Source of the DNA: Eledone cirrhosa
Lineage: Eukaryota
Length of the DNA: 64,000 nucleotides
Direction: 5' to 3'
Assembly (NCBI GenBank): GCA_964016885.1
Contig: OZ024747.1
Span: 16,616,001 to 16,680,000, forward strand
Part shown: piece by piece, positions 33,379-49,698 of the stretch
Numbering within the stretch: position 1 is the first letter of the stretch
Layout: each line of letters begins with the position of its first letter
The notes under the pieces: generated by a model
Told to the model about the DNA's origin: nothing
Seen by the model: only the letters and a program-made list of their open reading frames with translations
Databases searched by the model: none
Program-made: the position numbers and the translations under genes

Positions 33379-33781
33379 ATTATATGTGATATCTGGGCTT
33401 ATTTTATGAATAAAAACACACGCAAAGAGGGAAACATATTACAAAGAGATAAGATGAGTAAGTAAAATAATAGCAGAAAGACGAGGAAACAGAGAATAAA
33501 AAAAAGTTGTTGATGCGGTCACAGATTGCGGTCACAGAATGTGAAAGAAATTTGAAATTTACACAAGATAACGAACTCATAACACCGAAGTTAAAATCAT
33601 TATTGCGTGTGTTTTCATTGCCAACGACCCCATAACCAAATGTGACAATCTATGTTTCAATACTGCATTTCTCATCAACAATCCTGCAATACAAATGCAT
33701 AAATATAATAAGCTTTGTCCTGAGGAAGACCAGTAAAATCTGAAATGTATGGAGGGTTGTCCCCCTTTCTTCTGCCGGACA

Positions 33782-33819
33782 CCACCAGAGGGCATTAGCC
33801 CCGGTGTTTGCATAGCAAC
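33782..33819 (+). promoter_or_regulatory. Adjacent CTCF-like and RFX X-box-like motifs in a GC-richer unique patch
   Basis: ccaccagagggca (33782-33794) and gtttgcatagcaac (33806-33819). Motif match only. Confidence 0.35.
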
Positions 33820-35149
33820 GGCTTCCTAAACCGGGTTTCTTAAGAAATACGAAATTTCTATACATATTTGTATACAGCTATGCTTGAATCTAAATCCTAT
33901 TTCTATTCTATTATAATTTGAGCCAACTTATGCAGATTCATACGTAAATGCTATTATTCACCTCGTTTACACAGACGAAAAAAAGCAGTTGCAAGTGGTG
34001 GGAGGGACATATACACATATTTTCATATGTATATGTGTGAATACCGCCTTGACAAGTTTTGCTAAATGACCGAAAGAATTAATCAATAAATAATCAAGAG
34101 AAATAACTCAAGAATAGGAGCTATTTATCAAATCAAACATACAAGGTGTGTGAACTGCTTTTTCTAGGAAATACTGTGACCACTGTATTATGTGTTAATT
34201 TCTCCCCCCATCTCTCGATCATTTCTCACCTGTTACGAATGCGTCAAAAAACAGTCTTTTTTGACGGGTTTCTTGACAAGCCGTATCAACCTCACAGTGA
34301 TGATGCCCTTCTAAACGCATATTGTTGCAAACGGATTTGGCAAAACTGCAGTTGGAACATTGAGGAAAAAATAGGTATATTTTTGTCTAATATTTGTTCA
34401 TATTTTTAATTTGTTATATATATAAACGTGTGTGTGTGTATGAGTGTGTTTATGTACATGCTTATGTACGTGTTAGAATTAGAAGGGGTAAGAGAGACTA
34501 GGTAGTGGAGAGGGTGAGATACAGGTGATGACAGCGGGAGTGTATTATAGTGAGATTGTATATTAAATATTAAATGAACTCGATTTGCGCCTCTCTGCAA
34601 TATATAAAATGAAATCCTACTCCCAAATCACCTTTAGCAAATTTATTTATATCATTGCTAATTTATTAAAAATCTATTCACATTTCAGTTTACAAGTACA
34701 AATGCCGTCCAAAATCTTAGGAATTTCCTTCTGGTAATTTATCTCTAGAAGAAATATATGTGTGTGTCGATTACTAAAACCGGCTAAAATAACCAGACAT
34801 CCCTAGTGACCTATCAGTACATTTGACATAATAAATTGAGAACTTAGACTATAAAGGCGAGATCACTTTTTCAATATATCTTGCTCTTTATGCTGCTACC
34901 TAACAAATGCGAATTTTAGATGGATAATTTAAGAGGATAAAAAAGAAATATCAGTGTGATATACAGTTCCCCGAAGCATCATTTATAACAAACGTTCGAT
35001 AACTATTCTTATGTTACATTCATTATATACAATGCCATTTTCTTCAACCTATTAATACTACTTAAGGTCACATCAGAAGTGAACTTTCCACATCATGTCG
35101 ACACTTTACATCCATTAATAATGTTTCTGTTATTGTAGCTGCTGGGAAA

Positions 35150-35750
35150 GATTTGTATTCCACGCCTTCTTCACTTATGTCCATCATGAAACGTAGATTC
35201 AAGGAGTTAGTCAAATTATATAGCAACTTGCATGTAATTTGCTGATGATGTTTGTTTTTCTACTGAAACCCCTTGCGTAATCACATAAATACTCAAGGGA
35301 GTTGAATCAATAATACAATTCTTAGTACACTTTATGAATGCGTCAATTATCAAAGAATCAAGTAAACAATTTAAAATCCATAAAGATTGGAATGTCTAGT
35401 AAGAGACACTGACATTCGTCGAGAAATGGAATACTGGTAGTATCATCAAAAGGGGTTGAATGAAGTAATACAAGCTAACCAGCCAAATGTATTGTGGCTA
35501 CTGCTCAAAGCTACAAAGTATTACGATCTTACTACTTAAAAGTATGCTTAGATGAATTAGGCTAATCAGGATAGACAAAAAGAAAGAATGCTTTAACGTA
35601 AATAACTCAAGTTGGCAACTGTAAGGAGTTTAGATAATTTATGCATTTGACTGGGAATGTAAAACGTGATACTGCATGCTGGAAGGCAATTAGTACGGTA
35701 TTCAATTTAACATGCTATATCTTTCAGAGAAGTTATTGTCATGCATCAGA
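35150..35750 (+). pseudogene. Possible ancient LINE RT remnant
   Basis: tttgctgatgatgtttgt translates as FADDVC, and downstream IRIDKKKECFN resembles the post-RT region. Heavily disrupted. Confidence 0.3.
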
Positions 35751-35789
35751 ATACGTTGTATATATATATATATGTATATAGGATCGATC

Positions 35790-35847
35790 GACTTTCGTCA
35801 AATCCGACCGAGGAAACAATGTTTCCTCGTCCGATTTGACGAAAGTC
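35790..35847. repeat. 58-bp near-perfect hairpin
   Basis: gactttcgtcaaatc-cgac-cgaggaaaca-a-tgtttcctcg-tcc-gatttgacgaaagtc. Confidence 0.85.
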
Positions 35848-35879
35848 AAATGCTATCTATCGGTCGCAACTCCAGGTAG

Positions 35880-35999
35880 AAGGAGCAACATGAAATAAAG
35901 TGTCTTGCTCAAGGACATAACGCATCACCTAGTCCATGAATCGAACTCACAGCCTCAATATTGTGAATCCAATTATCTAACCACTCAGCCATGCGCCTT
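35880..35999 (-). mobile_element. 5' part of a tRNA-derived SINE with CORE-like domain
   Basis: Minus strand: ggcgcatggctgagtggttag (A box)...gagttcgattc (B box)...tgtccttgagcaagacacttt. Confidence 0.8.
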
Positions 36000-36000
36000 A

Positions 36001-38667
<2,667 letters not shown>

Positions 38668-38723
38668 GTGAGGTTTTTTTTACAAAATGAAAAATAACCG
38701 AGGTGTCCTACACGAGTGGAAGT

Positions 38724-38946
38724 ATAAAGAAAAAGGGATGAAATCGAAAATGCAACTGAAGTCTTATTTTTTTAAAAAATATATATATATTTTTATTTGA
38801 TTCCTTTACCGGTTTCGCAGTTCTTCTGCTTTTCAAAAGGTGAGTTGAGATGGAGGGTCTGTGGTTTTTCTCACAGGAATCAAATAAATATATATATTTT
38901 TTAAAAAAATAAGACTTCAGTTGCATTTTCGATTTCATCCCTTTTT

Positions 38947-38952
<6 letters not shown>
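38724..38952 (-). mobile_element. Family D fold-back element (~80-bp inverted arms) with a hammerhead in the spacer
   Basis: ataaagaaaaagggatgaaatcgaaaatgcaactgaagtc...tgattcct pairs with aggaatca...gacttcagttgcattttcgatttcatccctttttctttat. (TA)n lies on both sides. Confidence 0.85.
38803..38840 (-). ncRNA. Minimal type I hammerhead with U3-A8 core variant
   Basis: cctt-TTGAAAA-gcag aagaa ctgc-GAAA-ccgg-TA-aagg, with palindromic ACCGGT stem III and a GUA triplet. Confidence 0.8.
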
Positions 38953-38995
<43 letters not shown>

Positions 38996-38996
38996 C

Positions 38997-39035
<39 letters not shown>

Positions 39036-40499
39036 CATTTTTCAATGTTTGTACACATGATTGACCTCTTTTCGAACGCAGAGACATACAGATACATATA
39101 TATTGATGTACAGTGGAGTGACATATATTATACTATATTATTTCTGTATAGCAATTCAAATTCAAAATCAAAATCAAAATTAATATTAAAACAAAATTAC
39201 AATACATTCGGCAGTTAACACAGATAATGCAAGAGGATAGTTTGTTAGCCAGATGTAGTAGTTAGTGTATGCGTTAGTTACACGTGGTGCATGCAAGTGT
39301 GTCTCATTGATATATGATTATTGTGTGGCAGGGTGTTATATGTAATACAAGCACTTTAAGCGTGTAAGTAAGAGTATTATGGTGGTTGTAGTGGTAAGGT
39401 ATTTTTTGTATATAATAAAAAAGAATGGGTGCAGAAAAACAAAAATAAAAAGGAGACGCAAAAGAAAGTTATGGTTTTCGTATCCACCACCATTTTCACA
39501 TCAGGAAAATCAAGAAAAGGTTTTACATCCATCACATAAGTAACGATGATTCCGTATTGGATGTTTGATGCATTAAATTAAATTATTTTAGCTTATTGCG
39601 GTCAGTGTTATTTAATCCAAATTTATATAATAGGTTGATTCTGCTGCGAGAATTTACAGCAGTTTATTATCCGGAAGTATGTGTGTAATTAAGGGGAGTT
39701 AATGCGTAAGCGGGGGTAAGTAGCTGATTTCTATAACTAAATGCATTGTTCTAATATACATTATAAGGCGCCTCAATTGAGTCCCTTATATAGACGGTTA
39801 TATATTTATATCCAGTTTCCAATTCTAAATACAGTCTACTCTATCATGATGTACTAAAGGTATCTATATTAGGATGATTACTCCCTATCATACAGTGCTA
39901 CAACTGAATACTCCATACAAAGAGCCATATCATTATATCAAAGTTCACTGCAAATGTAGTCTACTCTCAGAACATGTCAGGGGACCTATTAGAATTATGT
40001 CTACATAACCCCAGGTAAGTTCTGAATCAGCGTATGGCTGTTTGCATGGCAAAGCCAAATACATCTCTAGGGCAGACAAATACATCTCTCATTTACAATG
40101 TCATTAATCTATCCATCAAGTTATACTTGCATATATAACTCACATACTATTCATACATAATTCATTGCACTCAACATATAAGTTAGACAGATCTCTTATG
40201 TTAATAAATTAATCTTATATATATCCAATGTTATCACTCCATACATATAAATCCAATTGCATATATAATTCATTGTCGAATCTGGTATTTAAAGCTTATA
40301 TAGACTGTATTGTATCACTATATAATTATAAGTAATTGAAAGTAATTATACTAAAAGTAGGTGTTTATGGGGATATTTCTAGGGTATAAAGTTATAGATA
40401 GATTGTGTCGAGATAGGGTGGATCAGAGAGCGTGGTGTAAGGTGTGCCCTTAATGTGTGGTGTTAGAAGTGGTGATGGGTTCAAGTCTGACATTGTTAT

Positions 40500-42937
40500 A
40501 TATTGGGTTTAAAATTTTGGAAGGAGTGCCGGAAGCGGTGTTGGCATGACGCACACACTTCCGATTTTTTTTTATTAAGGAGGTTATGGTTTGAGAAGAT
40601 TATAGTATGGGTCTCTAGTAGACAGAGGTTACAGAATTTATTAGGTGGTTTGTACGATGCCGCCTTACCTATCACTTCCCATTTAAGTGTATAATATTTA
40701 TTTCTAGTTTTTAGATAGTGTGTGTAGCTCGATAGTGAAGTCGAGTTGGCTAGACTGTGTTTTTTGAAAGAATGGAGGTGTGAATTGTATCTGGTTTTGA
40801 AGCAGTTCGAAGTAGAGCCTATATAGGTTTCAGAAGAGTTGCTGGTTATGACGGTGCATGGGTATATGATGTCCTTGATTAAGCAGTTTTTTATCTAAAG
40901 GGCAGGTTCTATTAGTTACAATTATTTTGGATGTTAACCTGTCGGTTATTATGTTGTGTAGAAGTCTGGTTGCTAGGTATTGCATTATGGCTATGGGGGT
41001 TGTCGCTCCCAGCGTTATTGATTTTACTAGTGCTATTACTATTATTACTATTGAAATCAGGGTTTTCAGATATAACGTTGTTTTGAAGGTTTACCCCCTG
41101 CCGTGTTTTAGTTTGTTGGAAGTAAGTATTAATTTTTCTGTTATTGCTACTAGCTATGTGGTATGCTATGTTAGGCGTGGTAGAGTAGGAGATGTTAATG
41201 GTGTTTTTGTTTATTGCACTATGGTACTTATGGCCAGATGGGAAGTGTTTTATCCAGGAGTGAGAAGAAAGCCTTAGGTAGGTTGGTAGAGACGTTTAGA
41301 TTGAAAGGTGGGTTGAAAAATGTATTATTTCTTCTTCTATTTTATTTTATGTCTGGTGAGATGCTTCCGTTTATGGTATTTTTGTGACCGCCCTGGTGTG
41401 GGTTACGTTTGTTGCCACCCTTCGTACTAGTTTGTGTGTGGTTATTATTCTTATTACTATTTTTCCTCATGGACATATTGTGCGAAATAATGTTGTAACT
41501 ATATGTTTTTGTAGGTAAGAAATCGATCTCATTATTATGGCCTGATCTAGCTAATGCCTGATTATAATATTGTGAGTTTTTGCTAAATATGTTTGCGTCA
41601 TAAAATAGATTAGAGATTCTATTGGATATTCCCTTAGAGATAGAGTTTAATATTGATCTATGGTGGTTAGACTTGGTATCTACGTAAATCAGTTTTTCGT
41701 TAGGTTTATGGAATTGTGTATATATCCTAGTCTAGGTAGAGGGTGGCATCTACGAAGTTAAGGTTCTTAGTGTTTTTGTCTATGGTGATACTTAGGTTAT
41801 AGTTTTTGAAAGTCTTGTGCAATATTTTTCTAGTTCTTTCTATATTAATTGTTTTATAGTCTTTAAGGAGAAGTGCATCATCGCGGTACAAACCACAGTT
41901 GAGGCATGGAAGGTCCTTATGGATTTCGTTTAGTAAGTATAGGCCCAACAAATCAGTGACCTGCGCCGAGTCACTAGATCACACGGTTATGTCGAAGTTA
42001 TTATGCGTATCCTTCCGGGTCCATAACTGGTCTTCAAATGTGATTACGGTTTTACGGACCGCAAGTATGACATCAATCTGGGGTCTAGTCAGGTCACTAT
42101 TGTTCATGGCCATAATTAGTGCCTTATTTAATAGGATAGGGGAAATAGAGGTGTAGTATGAATTGATATCAAATTGAATAAATTTTATATCTTTGTTTTC
42201 CTTGATATCCTTAAATCATTCAATAACTTCACCTGTATTTCCCTGTATTGTTTAAGGTATATTTTGTGTTTAATCTGTGGGATGATTTTATCTAAAATGT
42301 TCTTACTGATTATGCCAATGTCAGATTTGGAAGGGCAGATTAGTCTAATCGAGGGGTTGCTAATGAAATCCTCCTTATGGTCCTTCAGAGAGAATCTAGG
42401 GGAGTTTGGGGTGTATGGTTGTGTATGTCTCTGAAGTCCTAGATTGGACACTATACTACGGCCTTCTATATTAATTTCTTCTAAGTTTGTCATAGTAGTT
42501 TTCTTGTAGCTCTTATGTAGCTCATTATATATAAACTTCCAATATGTATCATAATCTAGGCTCTATATGTTATTAGTTTTGTCCGCATGCACAATAATGT
42601 TACTGCTTGTTTTAAATCCATTAATTGAGGAGTTAAGTTTGTTTAAGAAGGTGTTGTTTTTATTACGATGCTTTTTGTATTTAATGTTCTTAACGAGTTT
42701 TATTAGGTCATTTTCAAAGGAGTTTAGTAGTGTGTTGTGAGGGGGGATTCTAAAAGTGTTAAAGCCGAAGGAGTCGAATTTGTTAGTATTATCAACTTTG
42801 TTAGATTTGTTTTTATCATAATGGAATGTCCTCCGTCTCACTTTATTGATAAACTACCTATGTCAACCAAGAACATACCAATACCAACAAGGATACATAC
42901 GACAAATTATTGATCAACAGTGTCAACTTCTTTATCA
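40500..42937 (-). mobile_element. Penelope-like retroelement 2: nearly complete ORF region, decayed, ORF start inverted
   Basis: SFENDLIKLVKNIKY...VHADKTNNI, LKDHKEDFISNPSIRLICPSKSDIGIISKNILDKI and GLYRDD...NFVDATLYL. GIY-YIG TYIGSTSNCFKTRYNSH and KWEVIGKAASYKPPNKFCNLCLLE...CASCQH. Confidence 0.92.
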
Positions 42938-43447
42938 GGTCAACAAGTAGGGTCCAAAATACTAAAGGAACTACTACGAAATAATAATTCAGAGTCCCGA
43001 AACTAATACGAAATAATAATTCAGAATCCCGAAAATGAATACTAATACGCTATATAAGAGTACCGCTACAATACATAAATTCTAATACAAACTACATAAA
43101 TGCTCGTACGATATATATGAAAAATTTAATACGAAAAATTAATTCAGAGTATATTTTAACATTCTTATTATTCTTCTATATATTTACTCCATATTGATTT
43201 ACTCATTGTTTTGACTTCGCCCCCTCCCCCCCCCCTCCCCTTCCCTAGTATACTTCTCTAGTATACTATCCTTAGGATTCTGCTGTAGTTGGCACTTTCA
43301 ATGCACGACTGGGTTTCCTCCACTCCCTCTGCCTCTTTCTTCTACTGGCAAGTTCAACTACCCCTTCCTTCCACAAAATGCCATGATAGAATTATATGTC
43401 TCAACAACAAACTTTTGACCAATCCTTGTGACAATCACTTTTACCAT

Positions 43448-43670
<223 letters not shown>

Positions 43671-43686
43671 TAAAATAACAGATTAA

Positions 43687-43737
43687 AGTTTAAGCAAAGA
43701 ATCACTGCTTTCACCCTTAACGGGATCTTCTGAAACT
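43687..43737 (-). ncRNA. Family B hammerhead-like motif (inverted copy)
   Basis: agttt-CAGAAGA-tccc gttaa gggt-GAAA-gcagtgattctttgc-TT-aaact. Confidence 0.55.
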
Positions 43738-44557
43738 AACAAAGTCAATCTGTGAACGCAGAAGTGAATATTGCAAAATACGTTGCAACCGGAGGAAGAC
43801 AGGAAGACGATACTTTGGTTCGTGGAAACGTTCCCTGGCAAAGAACGGGTAAAAAACGAATATAATACGTCATTATTTGGAGCGGTGAAAAACAATTACA
43901 CGCAAAGACAACACCACGTTTATGGTATAAAAGATGGCGTACATTTTATATATGGTGGTACATATTCTTTTGGTTATGTGTATACATGAGTTTTGCGTCT
44001 ATGTGAGTATGCGGGTTCGTACGTATGTAGGGTGTGTGTATATGTGTACTCCGTGTTTTGGTTGATGTAGGTCTCCGAACATATGTGTATTTACATGTAG
44101 GTATGTGTGTGTGTTTGTTATATACGTATTTATTTATTTATATACGTTTATTTAATGATTTGTATACACGCGCACACACACACACATATTGATATGTGTG
44201 TGTATTTGTATACCTATGACGAGTGTTTTCGCGTATGCTTGTGTATGTACTTTTATGGATGCGTGTATGTATTTATTTAATTTCAATTGCCTCTGTATTT
44301 TATTGACTTTATTCTTAACTCTGAAGCCGAGAATCATTCGGTTTCCTAGTTAGAATTTTAGTCTACGACTTCAGTTATACCATTTACGTGGTTTTGTCTT
44401 TGCGTACAATTGTTCACCACGCTCCACATATGACGTATTATCTTCGTTTTATCCGTTCATTGCCAGAAAACGTCTCTATGAACCACCTAATAGAATATTA
44501 GTCTACGACATCTTTTATACCGTAGACGTGGTTTTGTCTTTCGTGTAATTGTTTTTC

Positions 44558-44677
44558 ACCGCTCCAAATAATTGTTTCTACTTTTGGCACAAGGCCAACA
44601 TTTAACCAGTGTATTACTGGTACTTTATTTTCTCGACCCCGTAAGGATGAAAGGCAAAGTTAACCGCTCCAAATAAT
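44558..44677 (-). mobile_element. 5'-truncated SINE inserted in the family B element, 15-bp TSD
   Basis: accgctccaaataat occurs at 44558-44572 and 44663-44677. The empty site is preserved in the inverted arm at ~43871-43890. Confidence 0.92.
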
Positions 44678-44811
44678 GACGTATTATATTTGTTTTTTTC
44701 CCGTTCTTTCCCAGGGAACGTTTCCACGAACCAAAGTATCGTCTTCCTGTCTTCTTCCGGTTGCAACGTCTTTTTAAATATTTACTTCTGCGTTCACAGA
44801 TTGACTTTGTT

Positions 44812-44862
44812 AGTTTCAGAAGATCCCGTTAAGGGTGAAAGCAGCGATTCATTGCTTAAACT
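44812..44862 (+). ncRNA. Family B type I hammerhead-like motif (U4>A)
   Basis: agttt-CAGAAGA-tccc gttaa gggt-GAAA-gcagcgattcattgc-TT-aaact. All three stems can be drawn. Confidence 0.6.
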
Positions 44863-44972
44863 TTAATCTGTTATTTTAATAAATATTTGCTCTACGGTTC
44901 TTATATATTTGATATATATTTATCCTTATCGAGCCCTCTTTGGATTTTAGTCTTCAAATTTATTATTATTAC

Positions 44973-45420
<448 letters not shown>

Positions 45421-45421
45421 A

Positions 45422-45543
45422 TATAAGAACAAGTATGACCCCGACGGCAGTGCTCAAGCCGTTTCGACGGCTAATTCTTGACTAAATAAGAATGTTTAGC
45501 CTGGTAATTAAATAGTCGAACTTCTCAGGGGGTAATTCCATAA
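45422..45543 (-). mobile_element. Family C repeat with hammerhead-like fold (45438-45533); right outer arm
   Basis: Minus strand: acccc-CTGAGAA-gttcgactattt...aattagccgtc-GAAAC-ggcttgagcactgcc-GTC-ggggt. Confidence 0.75.
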
Positions 45544-47284
45544 AATGTATATACATATATATATATGTGTGTGTGTGTTTATGTGTGTGTGTGTGTGTGT
45601 GTAATGAAAGAAATAATGCAACTGGTTGGTTGAAACAATTCAGTGCATACTAATAATCGATAAATTATTTGTGTTTGCCCTCTCACTAAAAAGACATTAT
45701 GATCCCAGTAAAATTATAAAGAGCATTCTAGAATATATACATATACTATTGTGTATATATGATATTATATACCTCTATGTTATTATAAGTAAATATTTTC
45801 GGATAATATGATGTTACATGATTTATCGAAACTGTAAAAGGCTGGACGAACACCATGTTTAATATTTCAAATAAATTCTATTAATAATAAGGAATTAAAA
45901 TCCTTTTCCCAGATGATGTTTCATTTCATTTCTCACAAATGATTTTTCACCGAACCTTTTGCATGCGAAAACTGGAATAAGTATATATTATCTTCATATT
46001 ATAATGTATTCTTTTGTTTTGAATGTGTTCGATGTACACAATAACAATAAATCTAATTATAGTGATTTGAATTTGAATTGTCATTAATTCATTCACATAT
46101 TCAGATAGAGAAATATTTGAGATGAAGACAAGTAAGGTAATTATCAATTATGAGGAATTATAATATGTATATCTACAAATCATTCTCTTTTCAATTATTA
46201 TATTAGATTTCTCGATATTATCAACAACAATAATAATTACAAAAGCAACGATGTGAATGTAAATTCCAAAACATGATATATCCTTATATAACCATTAACG
46301 TGGAGAAATGATAAGTTTTTTTCCTTGGCTAACGCAACAACATTAAAATATTTCAGAGAATTATGTTGTACAACAGACGAATCTATAAAATCAACTCTGA
46401 ATGTAACCATTATCACATATAATTTTCTTAATATATTGATATACCTCGTTTTATATCAAGCCATTCCTTCACTTATAACTAGTCCCTTCTATGGTCGCTA
46501 TTTTGTTATATGAGACGAAGTTACATTTTTCTAGCTCCACACATCTACATTTTCTCTGAAGAATGCGCAATTTCAGTGATCTTTCCTCGACCATCCCAGC
46601 CTATGCCGAGTGATAAAGACAAATATATTTATCGACATCGGAGGAATCGAACGCAAATTTAACTTCAGTGCTGAGAGAATATCGCAAACATTTTCCGGCT
46701 TTCAACCACCAAAAATCCTTTTCTATTGAGACGTTTGCATTGATTAGTAACATGGAAACGTTAAAGTAATGTACGTTAAAGTAATGTAACTTTCATTTTA
46801 ATTTCATACACATACTGCGGTAAATAGACATATTGATATATATAATGCTATTGTTTTCGTTTTCCTATTTCAGACAGACCATGCCTAACGTGGCAATAAT
46901 ACAAATGGCTTCTGACAATGATACACGGCTTCAAATTATAGAATAATGTTATGATCGATTATATTGCCAGTAACGCATTGCTGATCGATAACCAAACATT
47001 AAAAGGCAAATACGATTTGCATAGGATTTGAGCATAAAAAATAAATTGTCGTAATTTTTGTCAATGCCTCACGAATTCTGCTATCGAAACATTTAGTAAT
47101 TGTTATGATATATTAATAAACTCACAAGATATTTCAACAAGGAAATAGGAAATCAAATCAACGCCAGGGCGTGTCTGGTCCTCGTTTTATCCAATAAGTA
47201 TGAAAACTAGAGCCATACTCAACACGTCAAATATAGGACGGAACTGAATACTGCAAGCTGTTCTTAGTCTTCTTTTCATGAATA

Positions 47285-47435
47285 ACAATAATAAGGGCTT
47301 CTAAATTTTGCGCTAAGACAGAAAATTTGGAGATGGGTTAAGACTATTAGGTCGATATAGTACTTGATAGTACTTTGTTTTATTGATGCACTGAGGGGGA
47401 CACCAGAGCTGAACTTTGTGAAATTTGAAACTGAA
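47285..47435 (-). mobile_element. Old degenerate SINE copy (other faint copies probably at ~46590-47260)
   Basis: aataagggcttctaaattttgcgctaagacag...tagtactttgttttattgat...gaaatttgaaact resembles the SINE consensus. Confidence 0.5.
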
Positions 47436-49634
47436 AGAGCAAGAAAAGAGTCATAACAAATGTTTTTGAATCTTCCTATGGATGTGTATTTAATACTTAA
47501 AAAAAAATAACTTGCCTATTTTATAAAGCCTTGTGCTCATTCTGCTACCATGGTGCTACTTATTGCTGACACCATTCCACAATACTCTCATAACGGCCAA
47601 CTCTTCAAACTATTAACTAATTCGTTACCGTATTTCCGACGAAAAAAAAAAAATAAAAGTCAGCGGCAAAGTATTTTTTTTCAAGGTTTTTGATATGCAA
47701 TCGTGCGTTGAAACATATATTGTTATATTTGGGGAGGGGCATGTCCTAATAAACACTTTATGTTTTAATTAATTAGTGAAGAAATTTGGAAATATTTATA
47801 AAAATTATAATTTCATTAAATGATGTTTTTAACATAGTAAATGTTCTCATATGAAATGTTCTCATATGGAAAGCTTTAATTTAAGTAGGAACACTTTAAA
47901 ATGTATAGCCATTTTGAAACAGTTTGTATCAGAAGTATAAAAATATTCTATAATTTTGTTAGACTTAAATAGCTTTGTAGATTGGCGTTTCACTATTCCA
48001 TATTTTAAAACAACTCAGATTTTCCCTTTACCTGTCTTATGACAATGCTTCTTTCTCTTAACCTTTTCAAATACTACCTTCATGCTTCGTTTCTAATCAT
48101 CTCTCCAGAGATTACGCTCCACTTCATGCTATGCTTTTTACATGAACAGCCGCGAATATTCTTCATGTTGTATATTTTCAACGACACAAGCAACAACATT
48201 ATTTTGTTTCACTCTCTCTCTCTTTCTCTCAATCACTCTTTCCCTATCTTACATTTTCCATCTCTCTTTCGTTTTCTATCACCTTCTCTCAATCCTCCCC
48301 CTCTCTCTCTCTCTCTCCCTCTCTCTCTCTATGTCTTCTTTACTCGGAAAAAGTGCAAAATTCCAATGGTTTAGTTTCTTCAATTCCAACCTTAATTACG
48401 TTATACTGTACTACAATGAACCTTCAAACTTACTTTGTCGTTGACGGTGCAATATCTATCTCCCTTCTATTCTGGATTCTACATTAGCTTACGGAATGGA
48501 GGTTAACTAATTCGCCAATTAAAAAGTAGAATGAAGAATATCATGACTTATGCATTTGCAAATCCCGCTAAACTATCAATACGTGTTGTCTTTTCTCGTT
48601 TATTCCCATGTCAATAGTGGACTTCCAGCAGTGAAGCGTTCTTTTGTTTTACTTTGTATATAGTGTAACCGCCTTTAATTACATAGTCTCATTGTTCTCC
48701 CATGTTGTGTTTGATTTGTAAAGGTCTCTTTGCTATTTCTAGCTGGCTAACCGAGCCCACATCGTCAACAACTCTGCTTGTAGCTCAAGAAATTCAGACC
48801 ACCAAAAAAAAAGTTACATATATAAATGTTTATCCAAGCTACTCAAAGGCAACAACTTTACCTTCATCTTTCAGAAAATATCAACCAAATACTTTGCAAA
48901 ACATTATTTAGTATTATTGTAGTGTAGTTCCTATTTGCCGATTGAAATGTATTCTAGCTATATAATACCGTCTTATTGAAAACAGTCACGTATCCAATAC
49001 AATATCATCGATTGAAGTCTTTGTTACCTACCATGCATACATTTTTTAAGTTTTTGTTTTACGTGAAATGTGATGATCACATATAAAGATTTTTTTTTTA
49101 ATGTAAATCTCATATATTTCATAAAATACATAATTACATGATATTTGTTATTCCATTGATACATTGATACAATTTCACGCATTGCGTTTTTTTTTCTTTT
49201 AATATTTACCTCAGTGTAAAGTATTCACAATAATTTATACTCTCGTCTTAGTTTCGTTTGCCCTATGTCACTATGACAACGGATAGTGACATTATATGTC
49301 ACGAAAAAAATACAATCAATTGAATTGACAGAATAAATACAATAAATATAAACAATAATGTTAATTATCATTTCTATAACTAAGCAAAAATGTATTTACT
49401 GTACACACATTAAACGTTGAGAAAAATACGAACGCATGAATGCAATGATAAACACACACATACATATATATACATAATGAGTAATTCATAATAATTAATT
49501 ATATAGTTACGAAATAATTAATGCAGAAATTATTCAGTATAAATAATTATATATATATATATATATATAAAGAGAGAGGGAGAGAGAGAGAGAGAAAGAG
49601 CAAGAGAGAGAGACATAGAGAGAAAAAGATAGAG

Positions 49635-49698
<64 letters not shown>

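Noticed and set aside
33577-33865. Short ORFs as a possible host exon
   Set aside because: No recognisable domain and no convincing splice-site pair.
42973-43050. Short direct repeats (tacgaaataataattcaga..cccgaaa), considered as CRISPR-like
   Set aside because: Only two to three adjacent copies with no unique spacers, in a eukaryotic context. It is an ordinary local duplication, as is 31520-31660.
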